From Myxococcales bacterium (GTDB taxonomy: Bacteria; Myxococcota_A; Polyangia; Polyangiales; DASUME01): a stretch of DNA of 64,000 nucleotides. Every line of letters begins with the position of its first letter. Position 1 is the first letter of the stretch. The notes beneath the pieces are model-generated. The model made no database searches, was not told where the DNA came from, and saw only the letters and a program-made list of their open reading frames with translations. Below are positions 10,166 to 20,254 of this stretch, in pieces. The DNA lies in assembly GCA_047601445.1 (NCBI GenBank), contig JASGJH010000001.1, positions 6,432,001 through 6,496,000 of the forward strand, in the 5' to 3' direction. The translations under genes were made by a program, and so were the position numbers.

Positions 10166-11326
10166 TCAGCCCTCCTCGCTGGCCATTGTAGAGCCCAGCT
10201 GCTCGCGCTCGATGCTCTCGAACAAAGCCCTGAAGTTGCCCGCGCCGAAGCCCTGGTCGCCTTTGCGCTGAATTAGCTCGTAGAAGAAAGGGCCAGCGTC
10301 GGGGCTGCCGTAGAGACCGGCCGAGTCCTTCAAGAAGATCTGCAGCAGATAGGAGTGCTCACCGTGGCCATCCACCAGGATCTCGAGCTCGCGCAGGAGC
10401 TCGAGGTCCTCGTCGAGCGCGCCGATGCCGAGGGTCGCCAAGCGTTGAGGCAGCATCTGGTAGTAGGACTCGGGTGTGGGCATGAACTCCACCCCGCGCG
10501 CCCTGAGTCCGCGCACGGCTGCGAGGATGTCGCGCGTGCCGAGCGCCACGTGCTGGACACCGTCGCCGCGGTGGCCCTCATTGAAGATGTTGATCTGGGA
10601 TTCCTTGAAGGCAGGACGGTAGGGCTCGTTGTTGGCGAACTTGATGCCGGAGGCCGGATCCCACATCACCTTGGAGCGCAGGCCCGAGCCGACCACGCCG
10701 TGGCGCGAGACGTCCCGCGTGTGAAACGCGATCTCCCACAGCACCTCGAAGCCCATCACGTGTTCCATCCAGAGCAGCGCGGGCTTCATGGTCTGAAAGT
10801 TCGAGGTAATGTGATCGATCTGCGTGAAGCCGAAGACGTTGTGGCCACCATCGGGCTTGAGCTCGAGCTCCATGCCTGGAAAGAGCCCGGGATAGCCGCG
10901 GTTTTCGATGAAACGGAAGGTGGTGTCGCCGAAGGGGGTCGTGATGGAGAAGGTGCGGATGCGGCCCGCGCCGTCACTCACGTCGAGGATGTCGGAGATG
11001 AGGGTGCCGCCGTCGCGTTCGAGCACGGCGAAGCAGCGCTCGATGTCTTCCACCTCGAACATGACGGTGCCGATGCCGTCCGGGTGACGCGAGAGGTAGC
11101 GATGGGCGCGGCCGCCGGGGCCGACGGGCGTAGAGCACACCACCACCACCTGGCCGGCTTGAAACACCAAGGAGCGCTGGTGGCCCTGTCGCTCGAGCAG
11201 CGCCGAGCTGTGCCCGACCTCCTCGAACGCCATGTGGTCGAGGTAGAAGCGCCGACTGCGCGCGAGGTCCCGCACGTAGTAGTGGACGCCGAGGAGCCTA
11301 GTAATGCCGAGCTTCCCGGTAACCAT
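10166..11326 (-). CDS. hppD: 4-hydroxyphenylpyruvate dioxygenase
   Basis: Two VOC domains; IDHI, GVQHVAL, LLQIF and FFYELIQRKGDQGFGAGNFRALFESIE motifs. Confidence 0.95.
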   Translation of the reverse strand: MVTGKLGITRLLGVHYYVRDLARSRRFYLDHMAFEEVGHSSALLERQGHQRSLVFQAGQVVVVCSTPVGPGGRAHRYLSRHPDGIGTVMFEVEDIERCFAVLERDGGTLISDILDVSDGAGRIRTFSITTPFGDTTFRFIENRGYPGLFPGMELELKPDGGHNVFGFTQIDHITSNFQTMKPALLWMEHVMGFEVLWEIAFHTRDVSRHGVVGSGLRSKVMWDPASGIKFANNEPYRPAFKESQINIFNEGHRGDGVQHVALGTRDILAAVRGLRARGVEFMPTPESYYQMLPQRLATLGIGALDEDLELLRELEILVDGHGEHSYLLQIFLKDSAGLYGSPDAGPFFYELIQRKGDQGFGAGNFRALFESIEREQLGSTMASEEG

Positions 11327-11357
11327 ATGGGTACTCCTTAAGTGATAGCTACTTCGC

Positions 11358-12332
11358 TCACTCCGAAAACACCTCTTGCTCGATCGACCCGAACAAGTTG
11401 TCTCCTTTCTCGCTCAACATCTCGATGCGCACGCGATCGCCGATCTTGAGGAAGGGCGTGCGTGGTGAACCGTGGACGATGGTCTCGCGGGCGCGCTGCT
11501 CGGCGAGGCAGGTAATGCCGCGCTCTTCGTCGTCGTTGGAGACCGTGCCACTGCCGAGGATGGTGCCCGCCGTGAAGGCGCGGGTCTTCGCGATGTGCGC
11601 CACCAGGTCGTGAAACGAAAAGTGCATCTCTCCGGCGTAGGGATCTCCCACCAGCTCTCCATTGAGGTAGCAGCGCAGCTGCAGGTGCACGCGGCCCTCG
11701 CGGTAGCTGCTCCCGAGCTCGTTGGGCGTGAGGGCGAAGGGAGAGAACGCGGTGGCCGGCTTGGATTGGAAGAAGCCAAAACCCTTGGCGAGCTCGTTCG
11801 GGACCAGGTTGCGGTAGGTCACGTCATTGGCGAGCATGAATAGGCAGATATGGGGCTTCACCGCGCTCGCCTCGATGCCGCGCGGCGTGTCGTTGAGCAC
11901 CGCGCAGACCTCCGCCTCGAAGTCGAGGCCCCAGCTCGCGTCGGGCAACACCAGGGGCGCGCGTGGTGCGAGCAGCACGCCGGATCCTCCCTGGTAGACC
12001 AGGGGATCCGTGCGCAGGGTCTCTGGTGGCTCGGCATTGCGCGCTCGGCGCACGCGGATCACGTGACTCAGGAAGGCCGAGCCGTCGACCCACTCGTAGG
12101 CGCGCGGCAGCGGCGCGGCGAGCTGCGTGAAGTCCAGAGCCTTCCCCGGGAGCTTGCCTTCGGAGAGTGCCCAGGAGAGGCGCTCGAGGCGCGACTCGCA
12201 GTGCGACCAGTTATCGAGGGCGGCCTGCAACGTGGGCGCCACCTCGGCCGCTTCGGCGTAGCGTTCGCCAGCCTGATCCACCACGACCAAGCGGCCGTCA
12301 CGAGTCCCGTCGGCGAGTGTGGCGAGCTTCAA
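11358..12332 (-). CDS. Fumarylacetoacetate hydrolase family protein
   Basis: MKLATLADGTRDGRLVVV N-terminus, LDFEAE, LANDVTYRN, FFQSKP, GTILGSGTVSN; lies within the Tyr catabolic operon. Confidence 0.9.
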   Translation of the reverse strand: MKLATLADGTRDGRLVVVDQAGERYAEAAEVAPTLQAALDNWSHCESRLERLSWALSEGKLPGKALDFTQLAAPLPRAYEWVDGSAFLSHVIRVRRARNAEPPETLRTDPLVYQGGSGVLLAPRAPLVLPDASWGLDFEAEVCAVLNDTPRGIEASAVKPHICLFMLANDVTYRNLVPNELAKGFGFFQSKPATAFSPFALTPNELGSSYREGRVHLQLRCYLNGELVGDPYAGEMHFSFHDLVAHIAKTRAFTAGTILGSGTVSNDDEERGITCLAEQRARETIVHGSPRTPFLKIGDRVRIEMLSEKGDNLFGSIEQEVFSE

Positions 12333-12398
12333 GCAGACCTCCGAAAGTGTGCGGTGCGGGTTTCGTGCTCCTCGGTCGAAAAGTAGGCAGTGCCTCGT

Positions 12399-14150
12399 TC
12401 AAATGGCAGCGTCGCGCACGCGGTCGCCGCCGTTCACCAGGGCGCGCAGGGTGGCCAGGCCCGTGGCGATGGGCTCGGCGTGCATGAACTTGATCTCGAG
12501 CCACTCGAGCCGCTGGGTAAGCGTGGCGACCAGCGGATCTCCATCGGCCACCTTCATCAGGCTCTCCAGCAGGTTCCAGCGCAATAACCAGTCGTCGGGG
12601 AATTGGCGGTCGAGCTCGGCCGCGATGCGCTCGAAGGTAGACACCAGGCGCCCACCCGCCAGGTTGTGCCAGGCGTCGATGGCCTGCTCGTAGAGCAGCA
12701 CGAGATCGCGCTCGCGCGGGGTGTACCATCTTGGCGCTGGCACCTTCGCACGCGAGAGCTCCGTGCGAGGGAAGTAGCTGGCGGAGGCGCCCGCGTGCAC
12801 GCCGGTAATGTGCTCGGCGAGCGCGAGTGGGTAGGGCGCCTGGGAGCGGAACACGCGTCCGTTGGGCAGGCTCAGCTCGAAGCGCTCCAGCACGGCCACC
12901 CGCACGCGCCCTGCGTCGATCTCGTTGCCGCGCAGCTGACCGCTGATTTGGATGCCCGAAGCGAGCTCCAGCTGGAGGCGCCCATCGCGGGTGTGGCGAC
13001 GCAGATCGTCGAGCGCAAGCGTGGAGAGCGAGGTGCCGTTGCCCAGGCGTCCGAGCGGCAGCAGATACTCGGCAGGACAGCGCGGCAGCTCGTGGTGTGA
13101 GGTCCCGAGGAGGGCCGGCGCGTCCTTGAGCTGCACCCAGCTCGGCTCGCTCTCGAAGCCCTCGAAGCGCGTCACCACACCCACCACCTCGAGCCCATTG
13201 TCGAGCTGGAGCGTGGCCACCTCGTCGCTGCGCCGGGCCACGTCGAGCGCCGGCAACGGCTTGCCGCGGTACACCAGCGATGCGCTCACCTGTTCCAGCA
13301 CTTCCGAGAGATGCTCGAAGTTCTTGGCCACGAACAGCTGGGGTTGCGGTCGCGTGATGTCGTAGTCCACATCCACGCAGGCGGCCGAGAGCGGGAGCTT
13401 CTTCACCGCAGAGTCGTGGCAGGACTGGCTCTCGCCGAGCGACGACAACAGACCCGCGCCGTACAGGGCATACTTCTCGACGCTACCGATCAGGCCGTAC
13501 TCGGAGGTCCACCAGTAGAGCCGTGCCATGCGCGCGGCTTCACTCACCTCGGTGACGTTGGACATGGTGCGGTCGAACTCGCGGCGCGCGAGGTCGATCT
13601 GCGAGGGCGTGCTCCAGGGATTCTCCTGCACCTCCGAGAGCGTGTGGATGGTCTCGTAGACCGCGCGATCGCTCGGGTTGGTGAAGGCCTTCTCGGAGAT
13701 GGCGCCGATCTCTTGGATGAAGCGCGCGTAGGCGGGCTCGCTCAGAATCGGCGCATGCCCGGCGGCCTCGTGGATGATGTCGGGGGCGGGCGTGTAGCGC
13801 AGGTGTTCCGCGGTGCGGATTTCGGCGGCGATGGGCAGCAGGCGATTGGCTTGAAAGCTCTGGAACGCGCGCGGCGGAATGAAGCCATCGACGCACACGG
13901 CACCCCAACCGAAGCGCGAGAGCTTCTCGTTCATCTCGTCGATGCGCGGGATGCGATCGATGGAGATGCCCGTGGCCGCGAGCCCGGTGCGATAGGAAGC
14001 GTGGGCCGTGTGCTGCAGGCGCGTGTAGGTTTGCAGCAGCACGAAGCGCCATACGGCATGGTCGACTTCCGTGTACTGCCCGTAGTCCTGCTCGACCACG
14101 TACCTTCGCAGGTGCGCTGGAACGAGCGGCGCTTGGCGTTCCGACAGCAC
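12399..14150 (-). CDS. phhA: Aromatic amino acid hydroxylase (phenylalanine 4-monooxygenase, long form)
   Basis: YTPAPDIIHEAAGHAP (two Fe-binding His), LYWWTSEYGLIG (Glu ligand), YGAGLLSS, YDITRPQPQLFV; ~290-aa C-terminal extension. Confidence 0.9.
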   Translation of the reverse strand: MLSERQAPLVPAHLRRYVVEQDYGQYTEVDHAVWRFVLLQTYTRLQHTAHASYRTGLAATGISIDRIPRIDEMNEKLSRFGWGAVCVDGFIPPRAFQSFQANRLLPIAAEIRTAEHLRYTPAPDIIHEAAGHAPILSEPAYARFIQEIGAISEKAFTNPSDRAVYETIHTLSEVQENPWSTPSQIDLARREFDRTMSNVTEVSEAARMARLYWWTSEYGLIGSVEKYALYGAGLLSSLGESQSCHDSAVKKLPLSAACVDVDYDITRPQPQLFVAKNFEHLSEVLEQVSASLVYRGKPLPALDVARRSDEVATLQLDNGLEVVGVVTRFEGFESEPSWVQLKDAPALLGTSHHELPRCPAEYLLPLGRLGNGTSLSTLALDDLRRHTRDGRLQLELASGIQISGQLRGNEIDAGRVRVAVLERFELSLPNGRVFRSQAPYPLALAEHITGVHAGASASYFPRTELSRAKVPAPRWYTPRERDLVLLYEQAIDAWHNLAGGRLVSTFERIAAELDRQFPDDWLLRWNLLESLMKVADGDPLVATLTQRLEWLEIKFMHAEPIATGLATLRALVNGGDRVRDAAI

Positions 14151-14280
14151 CTTAAGAGCCTACCGCACTCGGCCGCGGGTGAGCCAAGTCAAACCCGGTT
14201 GCTCCCGGGTGCGGCAGAGTCGCCTGCGCCGCGGATTGCGCGCTAGCGCACAACCGGGACAGGCGTGTCACTGAAAGAGC

Positions 14281-14304
14281 CGGCGCCGTCGGGGGACGGC
14301 GCCG
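14281..14304 (-). terminator. Putative terminator hairpin after the Cys-rich gene
   Basis: Stem CGGCGCCGTC / GACGGCGCCG; only a weak U-tract (CTCTTTC) on the minus strand. Confidence 0.4.
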
Positions 14305-14314
14305 TGGGCTCATT

Positions 14315-16879
14315 TCACTGGGCGGGAAGGGTCGGGGCGCAGGTCACGGAGTTGTCGACGCACTGCGTGCCGCCGGAGACGCTGCAGGGCTTCATGCCGG
14401 TCGGGCACACGCAGGAACCCGCCTGACAGCTGCCGTAGAAGCACTGGAAGTCGCAGCTGCCGCAGTTGTCCGCCTCGGTCAGCAAGTCGTTGCACTTGTC
14501 CTGGTAGTAGTCGCACATGCCGGTGGTCACGCCGTCGCAGCTAAGCAGCTGACAGCTGTAGGTCCCCTGGTTTTCGACGCACGCCTCGTTGTACTGGCAT
14601 GCAGCTCCGCAGCCGCCGCAGTCGGCACGGTTGGTGAGGTTCGAGCAGTACGGGATGTTGGGGTAGGAGGTGCAGGCGGTGAGGCCAGCGGCGCAGCCGC
14701 AGCCGACGCCGTCGCAGCTCTCGGTCGGTTCGCAGTAGTTGCCGCAGTCGCCGCAGTTCGCCGTGTCGTTGGGCACGCACTGGTGGTTGCAGGCGAGTGC
14801 TCCGGCGCCGCAGTTGGGATTCGTGCAGGCGCCGTTCTGGCAGATCTGCGTGGGGTCGCAACCGGTGTAGTCGCCACAGGTGGTGCCGCAGTGGTCGCCG
14901 TCGTTGGCCAGGTCGAGGCACATGCCGTTGCACATGGTCTGCCCCGCCGGACAGGTCTTGGCAGTGCAGCTGCCGGCCACGCAGTCCTCGGCCTTGTAGT
15001 CGCACTGGGCGGCGGCGTTGGGCACGCCCTGATTGGAGCCGCAGGCGCCGCAGTTGTTGACGTCGGTCTTGGTGTCGACGCAGGCGAAGTTCTCGTTCTC
15101 GCTGTAGGGCTTGCACATGGTGGTGCCGTTCGTGCAGCCGCACTGGCCTGCCACGCACGCCATGTTGGGATTGGGCCCTTCGCCGAACTTGTCGCACGTG
15201 TTGCCGCACGCGCCGCAGTTGAGCTGGTCGTTCTGCGTGTCCACGCAGGCCACGACGTTGCGATTGATGTCGTAGTTGTAGTAGTTGCAGGCGACCGTGT
15301 TGTCACTGCACGTCAGCGCCACGCATTTGCCGGCCTGGCAGATCTCGAGCGCTTGCGTATTGCAGCCGTTGTAGATCGAGCCACAGTTGTTCGGGTCGTT
15401 CTGCGTGTCGACGCATTCGTACCCCTCGCCGTTCTTGACGGTCCAACCCACCGGGCAGGCGCAGAAGCCGTTCACGCACGTGGTGCCGTACGGATAGCCC
15501 TCGCCCGTGCAGTCCACGCGCGCGCCACAGCTCGTGCCGCACTGGGTCGGGTTGTTGCGCATGTCCACGCACTCGGTGCCGCACAACTCGTAGCCCACGG
15601 GACAACGCGGTCCATTGGCGGCCGGCGCCACCAGCTGCAGTACACCGAGGTCCGTACAGGCGTTCTTGTCAGCGGCCACGGTCTTGATGTCCGCCCCGCT
15701 GGTGAAGCTCAACACGCTCGAGCTGCCGAAGTCGTTGGACGCCACCGCGGTGAAGGGTTGGTTGGCCTCGAGGTCGAGGTAGAAGCAGCCGTTCGCGTCG
15801 GTATTGAGGTTGCTCGAGAAGGGGCTGCTCGAGCCGCTGATGGACACGCTGGCTCCCACCGAAGCCACGGTGCCCGCCGCTTGCTTCACGCATGCGCGCA
15901 CGCAGCTGATGTTCTCCGCGGGCACGAGCTCGTCCGCGGTCCACCACGACATGTGCTTGATCTTACCCTTGTATACGGCCTTGCCCTCATCGTCCTTGGT
16001 CTTGGTGGCGGTGCCTTCCTTCTTCCAGACGCCGTCCTTCTCATCGAGCGACCACAGGCCGATCTCATCGGGCGGATTCGCGGACTTGGTGGAGATCGGG
16101 AAGATCACCTCGGCCTCCTTGCCGTCGGCGATCTGCAGCTTCGCACCGTCGGTATCGACCACACGGACTTCCACGGGCGTGTTGCCCTTGAGCACGCCGG
16201 ACACGCTCTCGTCATTGCCCTTGGAGCTGCCCGCCTTGACCTTGCCCTCGGGCACCGCGGCCACGGCGATGGTGGCGTCGCCCTTGAGGTCGCCGCCATC
16301 GTTGCGCTTGAAGCTGTCGGCCGCGAAGATCACGCCGCCGCCGCTGTCCTTGTCCTTGGCGCTGCCACCCTTGGTGGGGTCGATGGTCTTCTTGAAGACC
16401 GACTTGAGGAACAGCTCGAGGTATACCGAGCTGTTCTCGCTCACGGTCACCGGTCGCAGCGCCCAGGTGTAGTCGTCGCTCTCGGCGCGCACGATGCCGT
16501 CGCCCGGCGAAAGCTTCTCGAACTTGAAGAAGCCGTCGGAGCCGGTGGTAGTGGTCACGTCACCGGGACCGGTGATGCGCACGTTGGCCAGGGCAACCGG
16601 AGGATTGGTGTTGGTGAAGACGAAGCCGCCGACGCTGCCTTCCGGCAAGTCGACCACGGCTCCATCGGGCAGGCCGCCGTCGCAGAAAACACAGCCACCA
16701 TCGAACGGGCCGTCGCCGTCTCCATCGCCGTGGACGATGGGTCCGCTGTCGAGGTCGCCGTCGCCGGCCCCCGAGTCGGAATCCTGCGTTTTGCCTCCCG
16801 ATTTGTGCGAGTCATCGCACGCGCTCAGCAACAACAGCGAAGCGCAAAGCCCCAGCCACAGCCCCGACCTGGCAACCAT
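14315..16879 (-). CDS. Lipoprotein with carboxypeptidase-regulatory-like Ig domain and ~8 Cys-rich (Stig1-like) repeats
   Basis: Lipobox LSAC; TTGSDGFFKF motif; repeated CVDTQNDPNNCG-type units. Start moved to ATG 16879, which has GGAG upstream. Confidence 0.8.
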   Translation of the reverse strand: MVARSGLWLGLCASLLLLSACDDSHKSGGKTQDSDSGAGDGDLDSGPIVHGDGDGDGPFDGGCVFCDGGLPDGAVVDLPEGSVGGFVFTNTNPPVALANVRITGPGDVTTTTGSDGFFKFEKLSPGDGIVRAESDDYTWALRPVTVSENSSVYLELFLKSVFKKTIDPTKGGSAKDKDSGGGVIFAADSFKRNDGGDLKGDATIAVAAVPEGKVKAGSSKGNDESVSGVLKGNTPVEVRVVDTDGAKLQIADGKEAEVIFPISTKSANPPDEIGLWSLDEKDGVWKKEGTATKTKDDEGKAVYKGKIKHMSWWTADELVPAENISCVRACVKQAAGTVASVGASVSISGSSSPFSSNLNTDANGCFYLDLEANQPFTAVASNDFGSSSVLSFTSGADIKTVAADKNACTDLGVLQLVAPAANGPRCPVGYELCGTECVDMRNNPTQCGTSCGARVDCTGEGYPYGTTCVNGFCACPVGWTVKNGEGYECVDTQNDPNNCGSIYNGCNTQALEICQAGKCVALTCSDNTVACNYYNYDINRNVVACVDTQNDQLNCGACGNTCDKFGEGPNPNMACVAGQCGCTNGTTMCKPYSENENFACVDTKTDVNNCGACGSNQGVPNAAAQCDYKAEDCVAGSCTAKTCPAGQTMCNGMCLDLANDGDHCGTTCGDYTGCDPTQICQNGACTNPNCGAGALACNHQCVPNDTANCGDCGNYCEPTESCDGVGCGCAAGLTACTSYPNIPYCSNLTNRADCGGCGAACQYNEACVENQGTYSCQLLSCDGVTTGMCDYYQDKCNDLLTEADNCGSCDFQCFYGSCQAGSCVCPTGMKPCSVSGGTQCVDNSVTCAPTLPAQ

Positions 16880-17118
16880 GTATCTCCATCCCCCATCTGC
16901 ATGTTCGGCGCGCTCGCCGGCGCGACCCTGAACATGGGGTGATGGTACCGGAAGCTCCGCGAGCTCCACCAGCTTTGGTCACCTTCGCGCGCAGCGCAGG
17001 TGGGATGGAGTGGTTGCTCGAGGGAGGATGCGCACGTTCGAGGGGGGAGGAGAGACTTGGAACGTTGGGCGAGATTTTCAGGGTGCGGTGGAAGGGATCG
17101 TCGCCGTCGCCGTCGCCC

Positions 17119-17287
17119 TCAACCGCTTGCGCTGACCACGTCAACGTGAACCGCTGTCGCTGACCACGTCAACGTCAACCGCTTTCGCTGTCAACGTCAA
17201 CGCTGGTAGCGCACGCGACCGTTGCCGTTGACAGCGCAGCGGTTGACAGCGCCAGCGGTTGACAGCGCCAGACGGCGACGCGCTACC
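17119..17287. repeat. Three 28-bp tandem repeats facing three inverted 15-16-bp repeats (GTCAAC/GTTGAC-rich)
   Basis: Units at 17119, 17147 and 17175 (tcaaccgctNNcgctgWcMacgtcaacg). Inverted units gttgacagcgc(c)agcg at 17227, 17242 and 17258. GGTAGCGC (17205) pairs with GCGCTACC (17280). Confidence 0.8.
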
Positions 17288-17397
17288 CTTGACGTCCCTA
17301 CCAATCAAACGTCATCCGACCCCCGCTGCCCCAAAAACGACGACGCCCACGTCTTTCAACGCGGGCATCTCGCAGCATCTCCCGTTTCCTCTTCAGC

Positions 17398-18619
17398 TCA
17401 GCGCAAGTGCGTCGAGCTCAAGTCGAGCAACCGCCGCGCGATGACGAGCATCTGGATCTGCTGCGTCCCCTCGAAGATGTCCAAGATCTTCGAATCGCGG
17501 CTCCACTTCTCGAGCAGCTCGTTCTCGCCGTAGCCCAGCGCACCGCACAGCTCCACGCAGCGCAGCGTGATGTAGTTGCCCACGCGGCCGGCCTTGGCCT
17601 TGGCCATCGAGGCTTCCATGGAGTTCGGCTTCTTGTTGTCCGCCATCCACGCCGCACGCACGGTGAGCAGGTAGGCGGCCTCGAGCTCGGCTTCCATGCG
17701 GAGCAGCTCGGCTTCCACCGCGCTCTTGGTGAACAGGCTGCCACCGTAGTTCACGCGCACACCCTCCTTTTCGAGGATCTCGCGCGTGAGTTCCAGCGAC
17801 GCCCGAGCCACGCCGAGCGCCATGCCGGCGACCAACGGACGCGTGTTGTCGAACGTCGCCATGGCACCGGCGAAGCTCTTCTTCACGTCGATCTCGGCGC
17901 TGCCCAGGATGTTGTCCTTGGGGATGCGGCAGTCCTCGAGCAGGATGGTGGCCGTGTCCGACGCGCGGATGCCCATCTTCTTCTCGAGCCGCGCCACGCG
18001 CATGCCCGGACGGCCCTTCTCCACCACGAAGCTCTTGATGGCCGCGCGGCCCAGGCTCGGATCGAGCGAGGCCCACACGACCACCAGCTCGCAGCGCTCG
18101 CCGGCAGTCACGAAGATCTTCTCGCCGTTGAGCACCCACTCGTCGCCCTCGAGCCGCGCGGTGGCGCGGATGGCTGCCGAGTCGCTGCCCGCGCTGGGCT
18201 CCGTGATCGCCATGGAGGCCCACTTGCCGCCGAAGCGCTCGATCTGCTCGGGCGTGGCCACCGCGTCGATGGCCGCATTGCCGAGGCCCTGACCGGGCAG
18301 CGTCAAGAGCAGGCCCACGTCGCCCCAGCACAGCTCGATGGTGCCGAGCAGCGTCGACATGTTGCCGCCGTTGCGCACGCCGCCTTCTTCGGCCTTCTTC
18401 TCCTTGGACTTGCCGGTCATCTGACCGGAGCCCACGCCCGCGCTCGAGCCACCCTCGCCCATGCCGCGCAGAATCGCGCCGATCATGTCGAGTTCCTTCG
18501 GATACGCGTGCTCCAGGCTGTCGTACTTGCGCGAGATGGGGCGGAACATCTCCTTGCCCACCTGGTGAGCCTGCATGACGAGGGGCTTAATCCTTCTTCG
18601 GGATTTCGAGATTGATCAT
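17398..18619 (-). CDS. Acyl-CoA dehydrogenase (FadE23-like) with an apparent +1 frameshift near the 5' end
   Basis: AITEPSAGSD, LNGEKIFVT, KMGIRASDT, KILDIFEGTQQIQ. AGGAGG plus ATG at 18619 gives MINLEIPKK, one base out of frame with the 17398..18576 ORF. Confidence 0.88.
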
Positions 18620-18629
18620 GACTGCCTCC

Positions 18630-19943
18630 TCACACGCTCACTGCGCCTTCGGCGACGCCGACGGCCCGAAGTTGCCGGTACCAGAGCTCCACGGGGTGCT
18701 CCTTGATGAAGCCGTGGCCGCCCAGGAGCTGCACGCCGGTGGTGCCGATGTACATGCCCTTCTCGGCGCACTGCACGCGCACGAGGGCCGCTTCGCGGTG
18801 GAAGGGTAGACCCTGCTCCGCGCGGCTCGCGGCGCGCCACACCATCAGACGCATGGCGTCGAGCTCGAGCGCGATGTCCGCCACGGCGAAGGCCACGGAC
18901 TGACGGTTGGCGATGGGTTCGCCGAAGGCCTTGCGGTCCTTGACGTACTCCTTCACGTAGTCGAGCACCGCGTCGCAGGTGCCCACGGTGAGGGCGCCCC
19001 AGGCGATGCGCGAGAGGTCGATCAAGCGCTGCGCGTCGATGCCCTCGTCGCCGCCGAGCTTGGCGCCCTTGGGCACGCGCACGTGGTCGAGCTTGATGCG
19101 GCCGAGCTTGGCGGCGCGCAGACCCATGGTGGGCTCGGGTTCCACCGTGAGGCCGGCGATGCCCTTGTCCACCAAGAAGGCCTGGGGCTTGCCCGCGAGG
19201 TCGGCGATCACCAGGAATAGCTCGCAGTCCTCGGCGATCGGCACCATCGACTTCTCGCCCGTGATCACGTACTCGCCGTTATTGAGCGAGGCGCGCGTGG
19301 TGAGGCGCTCCGGATCGAACAGCGGACGACCCTCGAGCAGCGCCATGGCCGCGGGGTAGAACTGCTCTCCGATGAAGGCGGGCAAGTAGTTGCCCTGTTG
19401 CTCGGCGGTACCGAAGTCCACCAGCGCGTTGACGACCGCGAGCGGGGCGAGGGCGGCCAGGGCCAGACCCATGTCGCCCTTGGCGAGATCTTCGCACACG
19501 AGGGCGTTGGTGGTCACCGAACGCTCCGAGCCCGCGCCACCGAGGGCCTCGGGCGTGGCCAGCTGCGAGAGACCGAGTTCGTGGGACTCGTCGAGCAGTC
19601 CGGCAGGAGGCGTGCAAGCTTCGTCGGCGTGCAGGGCCTCGGTGCGCAGGCGCTCCTTGGCGAAGCGCACCATGGTGTCGCGTACGAGCTCCTGGGACTC
19701 CGTGAGCGTGAGGTCGAACAGCGTGGGCTTGGGCGCGTCGCCCGGGGTCGCCATGCGCGTGGGTTCGAGCAGCTTCACGACGGGACGCGCGCGGGCCATG
19801 GCCTCGGTCGCGACCTTCACGGAGATCTTCGAGCCGCGATACAGGATCTTCTCGAGCGATTCAGTCACGCCCAGCTTCTGCAGAAGCGGAGAGCCCGCAA
19901 TCTGGCTGAGCACCTTGAGAGATGTTCCAACCGCGCGTTCCAT
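18630..19943 (-). CDS. Acyl-CoA dehydrogenase (FadE24-like partner)
   Basis: ITGEKSMV, MGLRAA, RKAFGEPIANRQSVAF, GVQLLGGHGFIKEHPVELWYR; tandem with the second ACAD. Confidence 0.9.
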   Translation of the reverse strand: MERAVGTSLKVLSQIAGSPLLQKLGVTESLEKILYRGSKISVKVATEAMARARPVVKLLEPTRMATPGDAPKPTLFDLTLTESQELVRDTMVRFAKERLRTEALHADEACTPPAGLLDESHELGLSQLATPEALGGAGSERSVTTNALVCEDLAKGDMGLALAALAPLAVVNALVDFGTAEQQGNYLPAFIGEQFYPAAMALLEGRPLFDPERLTTRASLNNGEYVITGEKSMVPIAEDCELFLVIADLAGKPQAFLVDKGIAGLTVEPEPTMGLRAAKLGRIKLDHVRVPKGAKLGGDEGIDAQRLIDLSRIAWGALTVGTCDAVLDYVKEYVKDRKAFGEPIANRQSVAFAVADIALELDAMRLMVWRAASRAEQGLPFHREAALVRVQCAEKGMYIGTTGVQLLGGHGFIKEHPVELWYRQLRAVGVAEGAVSV

Positions 19944-20254
19944 CGCGCACCTTCCTTCTAAGACGAGTCTCGGTCAGGTCCGTTCCGAGCTCGTTATTGA
20001 CTTTCGTTTAATACTAACCGTGGCGGAATGCAATGGCCGCGGCCGGGAGAGCTGGAATCTACCTCCGTCGACGTCCCGCGAGAGTGACAGAAGGCGCCCA
20101 AAATCGTTGCGGAATCTCGGCGTTTCGGGCCGGCTGGGCCGGCCGTCCCGTTGCCCCGCAGCAAAGGTTCGAGGGACCACAGGAAATAGGCCCCCTCGCA
20201 GCGGGCCTGGCTTGGGCCCGGGAGCCAAAATTGAGAAACCGAGAACCGTCCCCT

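Noticed and set aside
14783..16942. 719-aa plus-strand ORF
   Set aside because: Antisense shadow of the Cys-rich lipoprotein.
19995..20013. TetR-like operator upstream of the ACAD pair
   Set aside because: Only a weak, imperfect AT-rich palindrome (TATTGACTTTCGTTTAATA), with no second copy or adjacent regulator.
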